This document shows, piece after piece, positions 1-9,241 of a DNA stretch of 64,000 nt (position 1 is its first letter; the number at the start of each line of letters is the position of its first letter). Below the pieces are notes generated by a model that was not told the origin of the DNA, did not search any database, and worked only from the letters and a program-made list of their open reading frames with translations. Origin of the DNA: an uncultured bacterium (GTDB taxonomy: Bacteria; Cyanobacteriota; Vampirovibrionia; Gastranaerophilales; Gastranaerophilaceae); contig CABQIM010000001.1 of NCBI GenBank assembly GCA_902464375.1, forward strand, positions 1,567-65,566, in the 5' to 3' direction. The position numbers and the translations under genes were made by a program.

Positions 1-364
1 TTGGGACATGGCAATAATGGGTTTAACAGGTTCGCCCTTAGAACCACATGATGGTAAAAATGTGTGGACATCTAAAGGCAGCTTGCATATGTTTAATCAA
101 AGACCTCAAGACTATGCAATAGATGACAGGTTTGACTGGGAAAAAGAGCTTGATGAAATATTCAGAGATGGCGCTTTAAAACTCACGTTTGCAGAAAGAA
201 AACCTTTGTATGACAGATATCAAGCAATTGTATATAATCAAAAGCCGATTATATATTTGTATTCGCCAATAAGAATTACTGCTATTCGCAAAAAATTCAA
301 GAATATTTTCCCAACCGGTTTGAGCGGATTAATTTATAATCTTGATGAAATATATGTAGATTAA
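1..364 (+). CDS. ABC peptide transporter substrate-binding protein, C-terminal part (5' end outside window)
   Basis: SBP family-5 C-terminal pattern (ERKPLYDRYQAIVY..PIIYLY); directly upstream of OppB/OppC-type permeases. Confidence 0.8.
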   Translation, partial: WDMAIMGLTGSPLEPHDGKNVWTSKGSLHMFNQRPQDYAIDDRFDWEKELDEIFRDGALKLTFAERKPLYDRYQAIVYNQKPIIYLYSPIRITAIRKKFKNIFPTGLSGLIYNLDEIYVD

Positions 365-385
365 AGCTGATGAGGATTTACGAAC

Positions 386-1375
386 GTGGAATTTTTCAAA
401 TACATATCTAAAAGAATATTGCAAGTTATACCGCTTCTGATTATAGTTTCATTAATCAGCTTTTTCATTATCAGATTGTCACCGGTAGATCCTCTTGCTG
501 AGCTCAGATTAAACCCATCTATCTCGCAAGAAACACTAAATAAAGAGATAAAAAGACTTAACCTTGATAAGCCGATTTATATCCAGTATTTTTCTTGGGC
601 AAAATCATTTGTTAAAGGTGATTTAGGCTATACTTCCTCAGGAGAAAAGGTTTCGGTAAAGCTAAAAGAACGTATTCCAAATACACTTTTACTCACTCTT
701 GTTGTAATTTTTATGACTTGGGCAGCCGGAATTCCACTCGGGATATTAGCAGCGGTAAAAAAAGAAAGCGCACTTGATAGGGGACTTACTATTTTATCCA
801 GTGTCGGAATGGCAATCCCATCATTCTTCTTTGCGATACTTATGTTGATTTTCGCAGTAAAAACAGGTTGGTTTCCGGTTGGAGGATTAACCAGCTACAA
901 CTTCAACGAAATGAGCTTTGGAGGGAAATTCCTTGATATATCAAAACATTTAGTATTGCCATCAATCGTTTTGTTCACAATTTCTCTTTCCGGTTTGCAG
1001 CGACAAATGCGTGCCAATATGTTAGAAGTGCTCGATAGTGATTATATTAAATTCGCAAGAGCAAAAGGTTTAAGCGAATGGCAAGTTTTGTTTAAGCATG
1101 CTCTAAGAAACGCAATAAACCCTATGATAACTCTACTGGGGTTTGAATTTGCAGGACTTTTGAGCGGAGCCGCTCTAACGGAATATGTTTTCCAATATCC
1201 GGGACTTGGCAGATTAATACTGGAAGCTGTTATGAAATCTGATATAAATCTTGTTATGGCATCGCTTATGATGGGTACAATAATGTTAATTTTAGGTAAT
1301 TTATTCGCTGATATTTTACTTATGATTACAGATCCGAGATTAAAAAGTGTAAAAGATGGAGCAGTGGGAAAATGA
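386..1375 (+). CDS. oppB: Oligopeptide ABC transporter permease (OppB/DppB type)
   Basis: LDKP.Y.QY..W motif, EAA loop DYIKFARAKGL, KHALRNA, PGLGRL. Confidence 0.9.
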   Translation: MEFFKYISKRILQVIPLLIIVSLISFFIIRLSPVDPLAELRLNPSISQETLNKEIKRLNLDKPIYIQYFSWAKSFVKGDLGYTSSGEKVSVKLKERIPNTLLLTLVVIFMTWAAGIPLGILAAVKKESALDRGLTILSSVGMAIPSFFFAILMLIFAVKTGWFPVGGLTSYNFNEMSFGGKFLDISKHLVLPSIVLFTISLSGLQRQMRANMLEVLDSDYIKFARAKGLSEWQVLFKHALRNAINPMITLLGFEFAGLLSGAALTEYVFQYPGLGRLILEAVMKSDINLVMASLMMGTIMLILGNLFADILLMITDPRLKSVKDGAVGK

Positions 1376-2442
1376 AAGAATTTTTAAAAAAAATATTTCA
1401 GGATAGATTTGCAAAAGCAGCATTTATTGTACTTGCAGTCTTGTATCTTGTAATTCTTTTTGCTGATTTTATTGCTCCGTATTCAAGCACATACTCAAAC
1501 AGAGATATGTCTTACGCTCCACCTTCAAAAATTTACACTATTACTACAGAAGGGAAACTCTCCAGACCTTATACATACAATTACATTAGAGAATACGAAC
1601 CTGCATTAATGCAAACAGTGTTCAAACAAGATAGAAGCCATAAGTATTATATAAAACTTTTACCCAAAGCAGAAGAATACAAGTTTTTAGGGCTAATTCC
1701 CACTCACAGACACTTGTTCGGAACAGAAAAAGGTGGGCAATTATACTTACTGGGAACAGACATTAACGGCAGAGATGTATTTTCCAGACTTCTATTCGGT
1801 GGCAGAATTTCTATGACCGTAGGATTCTTATCACTGCTAGTAGTATTTCCGATAGGTTTAATTTATGGCGGAATTTCAGGATACTTTGGCGGACTCGTTG
1901 ATACGCTAATGATGCGATTTGCAGAAGCTATTATGGCAATACCAAGTTTTTACCTTTTAATAATACTTGCAGCCATTTTACCTTCCGGCATGACTAGTAT
2001 TCAGAGATTTGCTTTAATCGTTATAATTTTGGCTCTGATAGGCTGGGCTGGATTCGCCAGAGTCGTAAGAGGGATGGTTTTATCTATCAAAAACGAAGAT
2101 TTTGTTCTAGCAGAAAAAACTCTTGGAGCTTCAAATTGGAGAATTATTCTTAAGCACATACTTCCGCAAACAACCAGTTACGTAATCATTGCAATGACAT
2201 TAAGCATACCGTCTTATATTTTGGCAGAATCAGGTTTAAGTTTTCTTGGATTAGGTATTCAGCAGCCTGATGCAAGCTGGGGGAATATGCTGAAAGAAGC
2301 TCAAGAATTTACTAATATATTATACCGTCCTTGGTTATTATCTCCTGGGGTGCTTATTTTTATTGCTGTATTGGCTTTCAACGTTCTAGGCGATGCGGTG
2401 AGAGATATTCTTGATCCTAAGTCTGAAAAGAGAATGAGATAG
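1372..2442 (+). CDS. oppC: Oligopeptide ABC transporter permease (OppC/DppC type)
   Basis: LLGTDINGRDVFSRLLFGGRIS, ESGLSFLGLG, FNVLGDAVRDILDP. Confidence 0.9.
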   Translation: MKEFLKKIFQDRFAKAAFIVLAVLYLVILFADFIAPYSSTYSNRDMSYAPPSKIYTITTEGKLSRPYTYNYIREYEPALMQTVFKQDRSHKYYIKLLPKAEEYKFLGLIPTHRHLFGTEKGGQLYLLGTDINGRDVFSRLLFGGRISMTVGFLSLLVVFPIGLIYGGISGYFGGLVDTLMMRFAEAIMAIPSFYLLIILAAILPSGMTSIQRFALIVIILALIGWAGFARVVRGMVLSIKNEDFVLAEKTLGASNWRIILKHILPQTTSYVIIAMTLSIPSYILAESGLSFLGLGIQQPDASWGNMLKEAQEFTNILYRPWLLSPGVLIFIAVLAFNVLGDAVRDILDPKSEKRMR

Positions 2443-2512
2443 AATCACACTTACTAACTAGCAAAAAACTCCATCCCAAAAGCACTACTATCCAATTTTA
2501 ATAATAAAACAC

Positions 2513-2681
2513 ATCAATCAATATTAGTGCGTCATTGCGAGCGGAAGCGAAGCAATCCAGTCATCCAGCTTGTAAGTCTATTTTAAAATTTTGGATTGCC
2601 GCGAAAATTTTCAAAGTTTTATGTAAGACTATAGAACCAAAGTCCAAATTTTCTCGCAATGACGCACTAATATTGATTGAT
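2513..2681. repeat. Palindromic intergenic element (GTCATTGCGAG...CTCGCAATGAC family), copy 1
   Basis: Perfect 29-bp terminal inverted repeat 2513-2541/2653-2681; inner GCAATCCA/TGGATTGC stem; related copies at 15055, 21023, 42169. Confidence 0.85.
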
Positions 2682-2690
2682 ATGCATTAT

Positions 2691-2727
2691 AAAAAAAACA
2701 ACGGGTGGCTGAAAGCCACCCGTTGTT
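2691..2727 (-). terminator. Intrinsic terminator of the 739-aa gene
   Basis: 14-bp stem AACAACGGGTGGCT/AGCCACCCGTTGTT, T-run on minus strand. Confidence 0.85.
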
Positions 2728-2746
2728 ACACTAAATAAGAAATCTA

Positions 2747-4966
2747 CTAGCCTAAGATATCATTCAAGTCACCGAGGATACCTTCGTGGTTTTGACCGCA
2801 CTTACATTCACAAGTTACTTTACCTGTTACATCAACTGTAACCTTGTGGTCCTTAATTGCTGCTAGGATGTCATCCAATTTGTCCATAATCTTATCTAAT
2901 TTTTCTAACAATTTTGAATCATCATAGCTGCCGGCATTTTTCTTAATAAAGTCAAGGATATTTTGAACGTTTTGATCAACATGGCCCAACTTATCAAGGA
3001 TAGCTTTAGTTGTTACATTGACAACATCCATCTTAGCGTCAATGTTATCCAAAGTGTTTCCATTTTTCTTAGTCAATTCAATCAATTCCTTCAACATAGC
3101 TTCAACAGAACCAAGATCAACTTTTCCGCCAGTTACCTTGATATTGCCGATTGCATCAATAATTTTGGCTGTGTTTGCATCCATCTTAGCAAGTACTTTA
3201 TCAAGTAATGCTTCAAGGTCAGCACCGGTTCCGTTACCACCTTTAATATTCTTGATAGCATCTAAGATTTCTGTCATCTTAACAGTAGTTTCTGTACCGT
3301 ATTTTTCTAACAACTTGTTAGTTGTGTCAATCTTGTCACCGTTCTTAGCGATAGCATCCAAGATTTTTTGTAAATCTTCTTGAGACAAACCGCCGGTTTG
3401 AGATTTGTTCAACAATTTTTCTAACAATTTATTAGTAACATCGGTCTTAGCATTATTTTGTTCAAGATATTTTTCAATTTTTTCCAAAGCAGCCTTGATA
3501 TCTTTGTTATCAGGGAATGCATTTTCAAATTTGTTGATAATCTTATCAAGCTTACCGTTGATTTCATTACCGATTGATTTAATATCACCCAATACTGCTA
3601 AGATTGCAGCCAATTTTTCTTGAGTTGTACCGTCCATCTTGTCTAACTTAGCCAAGATATTCTTCAATGTTGTATTGCTATCCTTATCGATTTCGATTTG
3701 ATCACCTTGTTGTTTAATAACGGTTTGCAACAAGTTTTTCAAATCATCCAAGTAAGCTGTAAGTTGAGATTCACTGCCTGCTCCACCATTCTTGATAGCG
3801 TTCAAAATTGCGTTCAATTGAGCTTTAATGCTTTGACCATTGACTGTAATATTTTCGTTAGTAGCTTCAACCAAAGATGTTAATGTATCTACTGTTGAAT
3901 TAATATTTGTCAAGATTTCAATAATCTTAGCATTATCTTGATTATTTTGCTTCATATCATTTGCAATATTTTTCAAATATGAATTATTTGAAGTCAACAA
4001 GTCAATAATCTGATCACCATATGTCTTCACATCAATACCCAATTTTTGAATTTCTTTTTTCAATTCATCAATACCTTTTTCGAAAGCAGCAATCAATGCT
4101 GATTGATCTTGTTGAGAAAGTTGAACCTTAATACCAACTTCTTGTTTTACATTAATTTCTTCCGGAGAGCAACTTGTCATAGACGCTGCAGCTGCAACAC
4201 CCATTGCCGGAACTGCAACTTTACCAAAGGAAATACCTTTCAACAATTGCAAGACTTTTGGAAGCTCTTTAAAGCCTTTTGCGGCACCAGCACCACCGAC
4301 AAACATCAATGCAATATCAGCAGCATTCATATTGTCAACAAACTCTGCAAAAGATTCAAGTAATTGTCTTTCTGTACCAGTATAGTTTTTAGCAGCATCT
4401 CTAATTTTGCCTGCAGACCAATCACCAACTTCATCAACTGCTTCTGCAGCGTCTGCAACAATACCGATACCTGCTGTATATTTTGCAACTTTTCCTAATG
4501 TTTCAGAACCGGTTGCTTCTGCAACACCTTTCTCAACATTGTGAGCATAATCCTTTGCAACATCTGTTACTGTTTTTGTAGTAGCACCAATCATTGCTCC
4601 GGTTGTTTCTACAAAACCACTACTATTATTCCAAGCATTTGTAAATGTTTTAGCGTACTTAGAAACATCTTTTTTTACTTTGTTAAATGCTTTTTCAAAG
4701 AATCCTGGTTCTTCTTGCGGAATTTGTGGTTCTGCTTTCTTTGTTTGTGAATACTGTTTTTTGCCGTCTTTGCTTTTACCTTTGTTTACAAGAACAAAGT
4801 CACCAATTCTAGCTTCACCTGATGAAAATGCCTCATTCAAAGCTGCTGCTTCTTCCGGTGTTAATTTCAAATTCTTTGCTTCGTTAGAATTAATTTTACC
4901 ATCCTTCAAAGCATTAATAATTTGTTGAGCTTTGTCAGCATTAATTTTGCTAAAGTCTGTTCCCAT
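2747..4966 (-). CDS. Large hypothetical protein with internal hydrophobic/lipobox-like segment and long heptad-repeat coiled-coil C-terminal region
   Basis: 739-aa ORF, AAGGAG RBS, own terminator; AAAASMTSC near residue 265; repeated L.KIL.AI heptads; C-terminal CECKC..H. Confidence 0.85.
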   Translation of the reverse strand: MGTDFSKINADKAQQIINALKDGKINSNEAKNLKLTPEEAAALNEAFSSGEARIGDFVLVNKGKSKDGKKQYSQTKKAEPQIPQEEPGFFEKAFNKVKKDVSKYAKTFTNAWNNSSGFVETTGAMIGATTKTVTDVAKDYAHNVEKGVAEATGSETLGKVAKYTAGIGIVADAAEAVDEVGDWSAGKIRDAAKNYTGTERQLLESFAEFVDNMNAADIALMFVGGAGAAKGFKELPKVLQLLKGISFGKVAVPAMGVAAAASMTSCSPEEINVKQEVGIKVQLSQQDQSALIAAFEKGIDELKKEIQKLGIDVKTYGDQIIDLLTSNNSYLKNIANDMKQNNQDNAKIIEILTNINSTVDTLTSLVEATNENITVNGQSIKAQLNAILNAIKNGGAGSESQLTAYLDDLKNLLQTVIKQQGDQIEIDKDSNTTLKNILAKLDKMDGTTQEKLAAILAVLGDIKSIGNEINGKLDKIINKFENAFPDNKDIKAALEKIEKYLEQNNAKTDVTNKLLEKLLNKSQTGGLSQEDLQKILDAIAKNGDKIDTTNKLLEKYGTETTVKMTEILDAIKNIKGGNGTGADLEALLDKVLAKMDANTAKIIDAIGNIKVTGGKVDLGSVEAMLKELIELTKKNGNTLDNIDAKMDVVNVTTKAILDKLGHVDQNVQNILDFIKKNAGSYDDSKLLEKLDKIMDKLDDILAAIKDHKVTVDVTGKVTCECKCGQNHEGILGDLNDILG

Positions 4967-5023
4967 AGTAGTTGTAACTCCTTTCTTTAATTCTTATAAC
5001 AATACAATCCTACTTTGGTATGT

Positions 5024-5050
5024 ATAACGGCATTTTTTTCAAAAACTTTA
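5024..5050 (-). promoter_or_regulatory. sigma28 (FliA/SigD)-type promoter of the 739-aa gene
   Basis: Minus strand TAAA(GTTT)-N15-GCCGTTAT versus consensus TAAA-N15-GCCGATAA. Confidence 0.65.
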
Positions 5051-5067
5051 GGATTTTTAAAAGTATT

Positions 5068-5085
5068 GTTACAAAAATTTACAAT
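5068..5085 (+). promoter_or_regulatory. HLR1-like (RpaB-box) direct repeat
   Basis: GTTACAAA-aa-TTTACAAT fits (G/T)TTACA(T/A)(T/A)-N2-(G/T)TTACA(T/A)(T/A). Confidence 0.6.
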
Positions 5086-5220
5086 ACACGGCTGTATTGC
5101 AGTAATAGTCCTCTTGTGTTTATCAGATGTTTATATAAAAAATTTTTAGATTTCAAATTTGACAGTTTATTAAGAAATTGTTACAAAGAGTTGATAAATG
5201 TACGTTCTTTATGCTAAACC

Positions 5221-5376
5221 TCTACCTCACCCTAGCCCTCTCCTGCTAGGAGAGGGAATAACCACCACTTGTTTTCTTGTTTACAAAAAATAAAAATATT
5301 TTAATTCTTTATATCAGAATATGTTAACAAAGTGCATGTTCCCTCTCCTAGCAGGAGAGGGCTAGGGTGAGGTAGA
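5221..5376. repeat. REP doublet (REPIN-like): two inverted copies of the CCTCACCCTA.CCCTCTCC-TGCTA-GGAGAGGG hairpin
   Basis: Perfect 38-bp inverted repeat 5221-5258/5339-5376 around an 80-bp spacer. Confidence 0.85.
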
Positions 5377-5520
5377 AAAGTACAGAAGTATTACCTCACC
5401 AACGTCCCAATAAATCTCACAATGTCTAAGACTTCCAATAACACTAAAAAGAACTAACTACCCTTGTAAATCGAACATCTTTTTGTTAAATTATAAGAGT
5501 GTATTGAGCAGTGTGTATTC

Positions 5521-5538
5521 ATTGTAAATAAATGTAAA
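5521..5538 (-). promoter_or_regulatory. HLR1-like (RpaB-box) direct repeat
   Basis: Minus strand TTTACATT-ta-TTTACAAT, upstream of the 5611 operon. Confidence 0.6.
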
Positions 5539-5610
5539 GTTCATGCCTTAAAAATAGCAAAAAATAATTTTTTAGGAACTTTAAATATATAGTTACCAGA
5601 TGGGGTTCGT

Positions 5611-6684
5611 ATGATTAGACCGATTAAACTAGCAGAAAATAATCTTAGATTTGGGGCGAAACCGGAGAAGAAAGAAAGCGGTGAGGCTGAATCACGCATT
5701 CTTCCAAACACTCTTAAAACAAGGGTTGAGCAAAAATTTCAAAAGACAAGCAACGCTATTTTACAATATCCGGTTAAAGGATTAAGAGGAGATGTAAACT
5801 CAGATTTTTATGAATTTCTATCAATGGGAATCGTTCCTTATTTGATTGGTAGCGGCATGTTCATGGGACTATTTAACATGCTTAAAGACTTAAACCCAAA
5901 ATCTCAAAAAATCGCTAGTTTGAATGGTAACAAAATGGCTTTGGGAGTTGTTTTATACGGTCTTATGAAAACACTTTCAAACGATTTGGTAACAAGACCT
6001 GTTTACTGGGGAACCGGAATTGATATAGAACTTCCGATTGAGCATGTTTACTATCCGCTTCCTAAAGAAGCCGGCGAAGCAGCTAATATAATCCCTCAAA
6101 TTCAACAAAGAAAAGTTTACGACAGTAGAGAATTTTTCAGAAAAGACCTAATCCAAAAAGATTATGGAATTGATTATTATAACAAAATCGCCAAAAAAAT
6201 TGGCTTAGGCGAAGATTTAAACGATTCTGTAACAGAAACAACTCCAATTATTCAAAGCGTTGTTTCTACTACAAAAACAGCTAAGAGCCTTTCTTCTTAT
6301 GCTTGGGCAGGTGTCGGAGTTGGTTTAGCAGTACAAAACAGCTGGAGCAATTTCTTTGATGCAATTGCGAACAGAAAACGTCATGTTGCAAAACCTAATG
6401 AAGGTTTAGCAACTAAATTTGGCAGTCGTATGAAAAATGCCGGTGAAAACTTTGTTAACATTTCAAAAACATTCGGCAAATCTTTTGCTCAAGCTTGTAA
6501 AACACTTTGGACAGGAGAAGCAGGTAAGAGCGGATTTATGAAACATGCCGGCAAAGCTTGGTTATTATTCACGGCAGCTTTAACTATCGGTAGTACTGCA
6601 AACGTTATACATAAGGCTAAACATATGGGCAAATTGGCAAATAAAGATATTATGGACAAATCTAAAGAAAGTACGGTGATTTAG
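5611..6684 (+). CDS. Hypothetical membrane protein with N-terminal LRFGA motif
   Basis: 357-aa ORF, about four Gly/Ala-rich hydrophobic segments; similar to the N-terminal domain of the next gene. Confidence 0.8.
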   Translation: MIRPIKLAENNLRFGAKPEKKESGEAESRILPNTLKTRVEQKFQKTSNAILQYPVKGLRGDVNSDFYEFLSMGIVPYLIGSGMFMGLFNMLKDLNPKSQKIASLNGNKMALGVVLYGLMKTLSNDLVTRPVYWGTGIDIELPIEHVYYPLPKEAGEAANIIPQIQQRKVYDSREFFRKDLIQKDYGIDYYNKIAKKIGLGEDLNDSVTETTPIIQSVVSTTKTAKSLSSYAWAGVGVGLAVQNSWSNFFDAIANRKRHVAKPNEGLATKFGSRMKNAGENFVNISKTFGKSFAQACKTLWTGEAGKSGFMKHAGKAWLLFTAALTIGSTANVIHKAKHMGKLANKDIMDKSKESTVI

Positions 6685-6685
6685 T

Positions 6686-9241
6686 ATGGCTATAAATCCT
6701 ATTATTCCAAATAACATTGATAATACTAAATCTCACAAACCTTATCGTGAAGCGACAGGTACTATTAGAACTGACAATGACGTTAAACCGCTTCCGGCGC
6801 AAGGTCACTTGGTTCATGATTCTTTAGTAACAGTTCCAAAATATTTCATCAAGGATATCGCTTATGATATGAAAGCTGTAAAAGATGGTTTTCAAGGTAA
6901 CGCAAATGACCACCAATTAGGCAGACTCAATGATGTTGGCTTAAAACTTGGCGGTATCGGAATTGCAACGATGTTAGCAGCAAGAACCAAAAATCCTATG
7001 CTTAGAATAATGGAATACACCGGCTTGGGCGCATTCCTAGCATCTATGTCATTGTATCCAAAAGTTGCAATTAACGCACCATCAAGAATTGTACAAGGTT
7101 TTGATATCGGTAAAGAATATATTGACGACCAAGGACGAAAGAAGACAGTTTTACAAGACCCTAACTACGTACCGTTTGATATGTACCAAGGAGATTACCC
7201 TGGAGAAGATTTAGACGTTATTGGTGACAGAATGGGTATTCCAAGAGGAATTAAAAACCGTAACGACTTAATCAAAGAACAAATGAGAAAAATCGCTATC
7301 CAAAATAACACATTATGGATGATGACTGCCGGTGTTGCAACACCTGTAATTGCTGCTCTGATGTGTTGTGGATTAGAAAAAGTAATTTCTCCGGCTTTAG
7401 AAAGCGCTAGAAATGTAAAATACAATTCTCAAATCAAAAACGCTTTAACAAAAACTGAAAATATGTCAGAAGATGTGGCTTCAATTTCTGCAAACAAATT
7501 GAGCAAAGAAGTTCAAAAAATTGTTGAAAATTATAAAGGCAAAGAATTACCTGAAGCTGAATTCAATAATTTAGTAAAAATATTCACTACAGAAATGGAC
7601 GCAAACGCATCTGAAGGTATTAAAGATGATTTAGCAAAACTTTTCAGAACTGGCAATTCTTATTCTTTACAAGAAAATGCTTCTGATAAGGTAATAAATT
7701 CTATCAAAAAGAATATTCCTTCCAGAAACAAAGCTGTTTTAGAAAAAGTATTCGTTCCGACAAAAGAAGAAGCCGCTTCTATTCTTAACAAATACGGCAA
7801 AGAAGTTACAGCAGAACAATTAATGAACATCAAAGGCGAATTCAGACAATTGTTTGAAAGCAAAATGGCTGCTGAAAAAGGTGTATCACAAGAAGCTTTA
7901 AAAGCATATCAGAATGAAGTTTTAGAAAAGATTTCAAGCAAATTACAAAGACATCCGGCTCAAGCGGTTGATGAAGCAAAAATCAAGAGCGTTGTTGATT
8001 TTGCCAAGGTTATCGGTGAATTCAAAGACAATCAAAAAGTTCTTGATAAATGCAAATCTTTCAAAGTTGAATATGCACCGGAAACTATTTTAGCAAAATC
8101 TTACGGCAAATTTGAAAGCACATTACTTGACGTTTTGGGTATCAAATTCAAAGATTTGAAACAAATGCGTCAATCTGATAAATATGCTCAAGAAATTCTT
8201 GATAAAAAGTTACAAGAATTAGTAAAAGACGAAACTAAGTACCAAAAAGCAGTGGAAAAACTTACTAAAGTTATGAGTGATATGGAAATTAAGCTTAATG
8301 GAAAAAGTGAAGCTGATTCTCACTTAAAAGACTTGATTACAGGTATTGAAAATAATTATAACAACACAGCTAAACGTTTGAACAATATTGGCGAATTCAA
8401 AAACACTATCGATAAACTTGTAAAAGAAGATGTTTCAACATTGTCTAACTCTGTTACTAATAGACAAGAGTTATTTGATATATTGGATGGTGTGAAAAAG
8501 AGCAAATATGCCGGTGTAAATTATTGGGGTCTAAGTGACGCAGAACAAGTTCAATATGCAAAAGATAACGCTAAAGGCGTTGGTTCTTCTAAAAATCTTG
8601 AAATTTCCAGAATTATTGAACGTTATCAAGGTGCTAAAAATTCTTTCAACAGAGTGTTGCATATGCTTGATACATACAAACGTCCGGAAGCTGATGGAGA
8701 ATATGCAAAATCAGTATTAGCAAAAGGTAAAGAAGCTATATTGCGTGCTACATCTTCTGATCATACAATGAAATTAAATACTGTTAACAATCCTGAATAT
8801 TACAAAGACATTATGCGCACAGTTTGGGATTCAAACAATATTCAGGAAAGCACTAAAGAAGCTATGAAACTATCTAGCGATTTATCAACAGGTGATGTTT
8901 CAGGCAGATTTGCTAAATACTTGAAACGTTTCCAAGATGTAATCGGCAATAACAACATTGATTTTACAAAGCCATACCACATTATTGATGGCAATGCGCC
9001 AAAACAATATACTAAATCAGAAATAACAAGAATGTCTAAATTTAACCTTGTTGCACAAAATTCTGTAGACTTGGTTAAGAATGCAGCAGAAAGAAGATAT
9101 GGTAACCAAAAATGGTTAAGAATAGCTTCCGCTATCGGCGGAACTGTAGTTGGTGCAACAATACTTGCACAATTTGGATTCGGAAAAATAAGAAACCCTC
9201 ATAATATAGAGAAGCAGGTGAGTGATGATGCAAATATCTAA
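6686..9241 (+). CDS. Large hypothetical membrane protein (N-terminal hydrophobic domain, long helical soluble region, C-terminal TM)
   Basis: 851-aa ORF starting 1 nt after the upstream stop. Confidence 0.8.
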   Translation: MAINPIIPNNIDNTKSHKPYREATGTIRTDNDVKPLPAQGHLVHDSLVTVPKYFIKDIAYDMKAVKDGFQGNANDHQLGRLNDVGLKLGGIGIATMLAARTKNPMLRIMEYTGLGAFLASMSLYPKVAINAPSRIVQGFDIGKEYIDDQGRKKTVLQDPNYVPFDMYQGDYPGEDLDVIGDRMGIPRGIKNRNDLIKEQMRKIAIQNNTLWMMTAGVATPVIAALMCCGLEKVISPALESARNVKYNSQIKNALTKTENMSEDVASISANKLSKEVQKIVENYKGKELPEAEFNNLVKIFTTEMDANASEGIKDDLAKLFRTGNSYSLQENASDKVINSIKKNIPSRNKAVLEKVFVPTKEEAASILNKYGKEVTAEQLMNIKGEFRQLFESKMAAEKGVSQEALKAYQNEVLEKISSKLQRHPAQAVDEAKIKSVVDFAKVIGEFKDNQKVLDKCKSFKVEYAPETILAKSYGKFESTLLDVLGIKFKDLKQMRQSDKYAQEILDKKLQELVKDETKYQKAVEKLTKVMSDMEIKLNGKSEADSHLKDLITGIENNYNNTAKRLNNIGEFKNTIDKLVKEDVSTLSNSVTNRQELFDILDGVKKSKYAGVNYWGLSDAEQVQYAKDNAKGVGSSKNLEISRIIERYQGAKNSFNRVLHMLDTYKRPEADGEYAKSVLAKGKEAILRATSSDHTMKLNTVNNPEYYKDIMRTVWDSNNIQESTKEAMKLSSDLSTGDVSGRFAKYLKRFQDVIGNNNIDFTKPYHIIDGNAPKQYTKSEITRMSKFNLVAQNSVDLVKNAAERRYGNQKWLRIASAIGGTVVGATILAQFGFGKIRNPHNIEKQVSDDANI

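Noticed and set aside
2535..2738. 67-aa ORF
   Set aside because: It lies within the palindromic element and terminator, with a TTG start and no RBS.
2963..4928. Multiple plus-strand ORFs opposite the 739-aa gene, and similar shadow ORFs elsewhere
   Set aside because: Antisense shadows of codon-biased genes with no RBS or recognisable motifs.
2747..4966. Phage tape-measure or prophage gene
   Set aside because: No neighbouring phage genes; stand-alone transcription unit among chromosomal genes.
5020..5217. 65-aa ORF
   Set aside because: It overlaps promoter and HLR1 elements, has no RBS and has non-protein-like composition.
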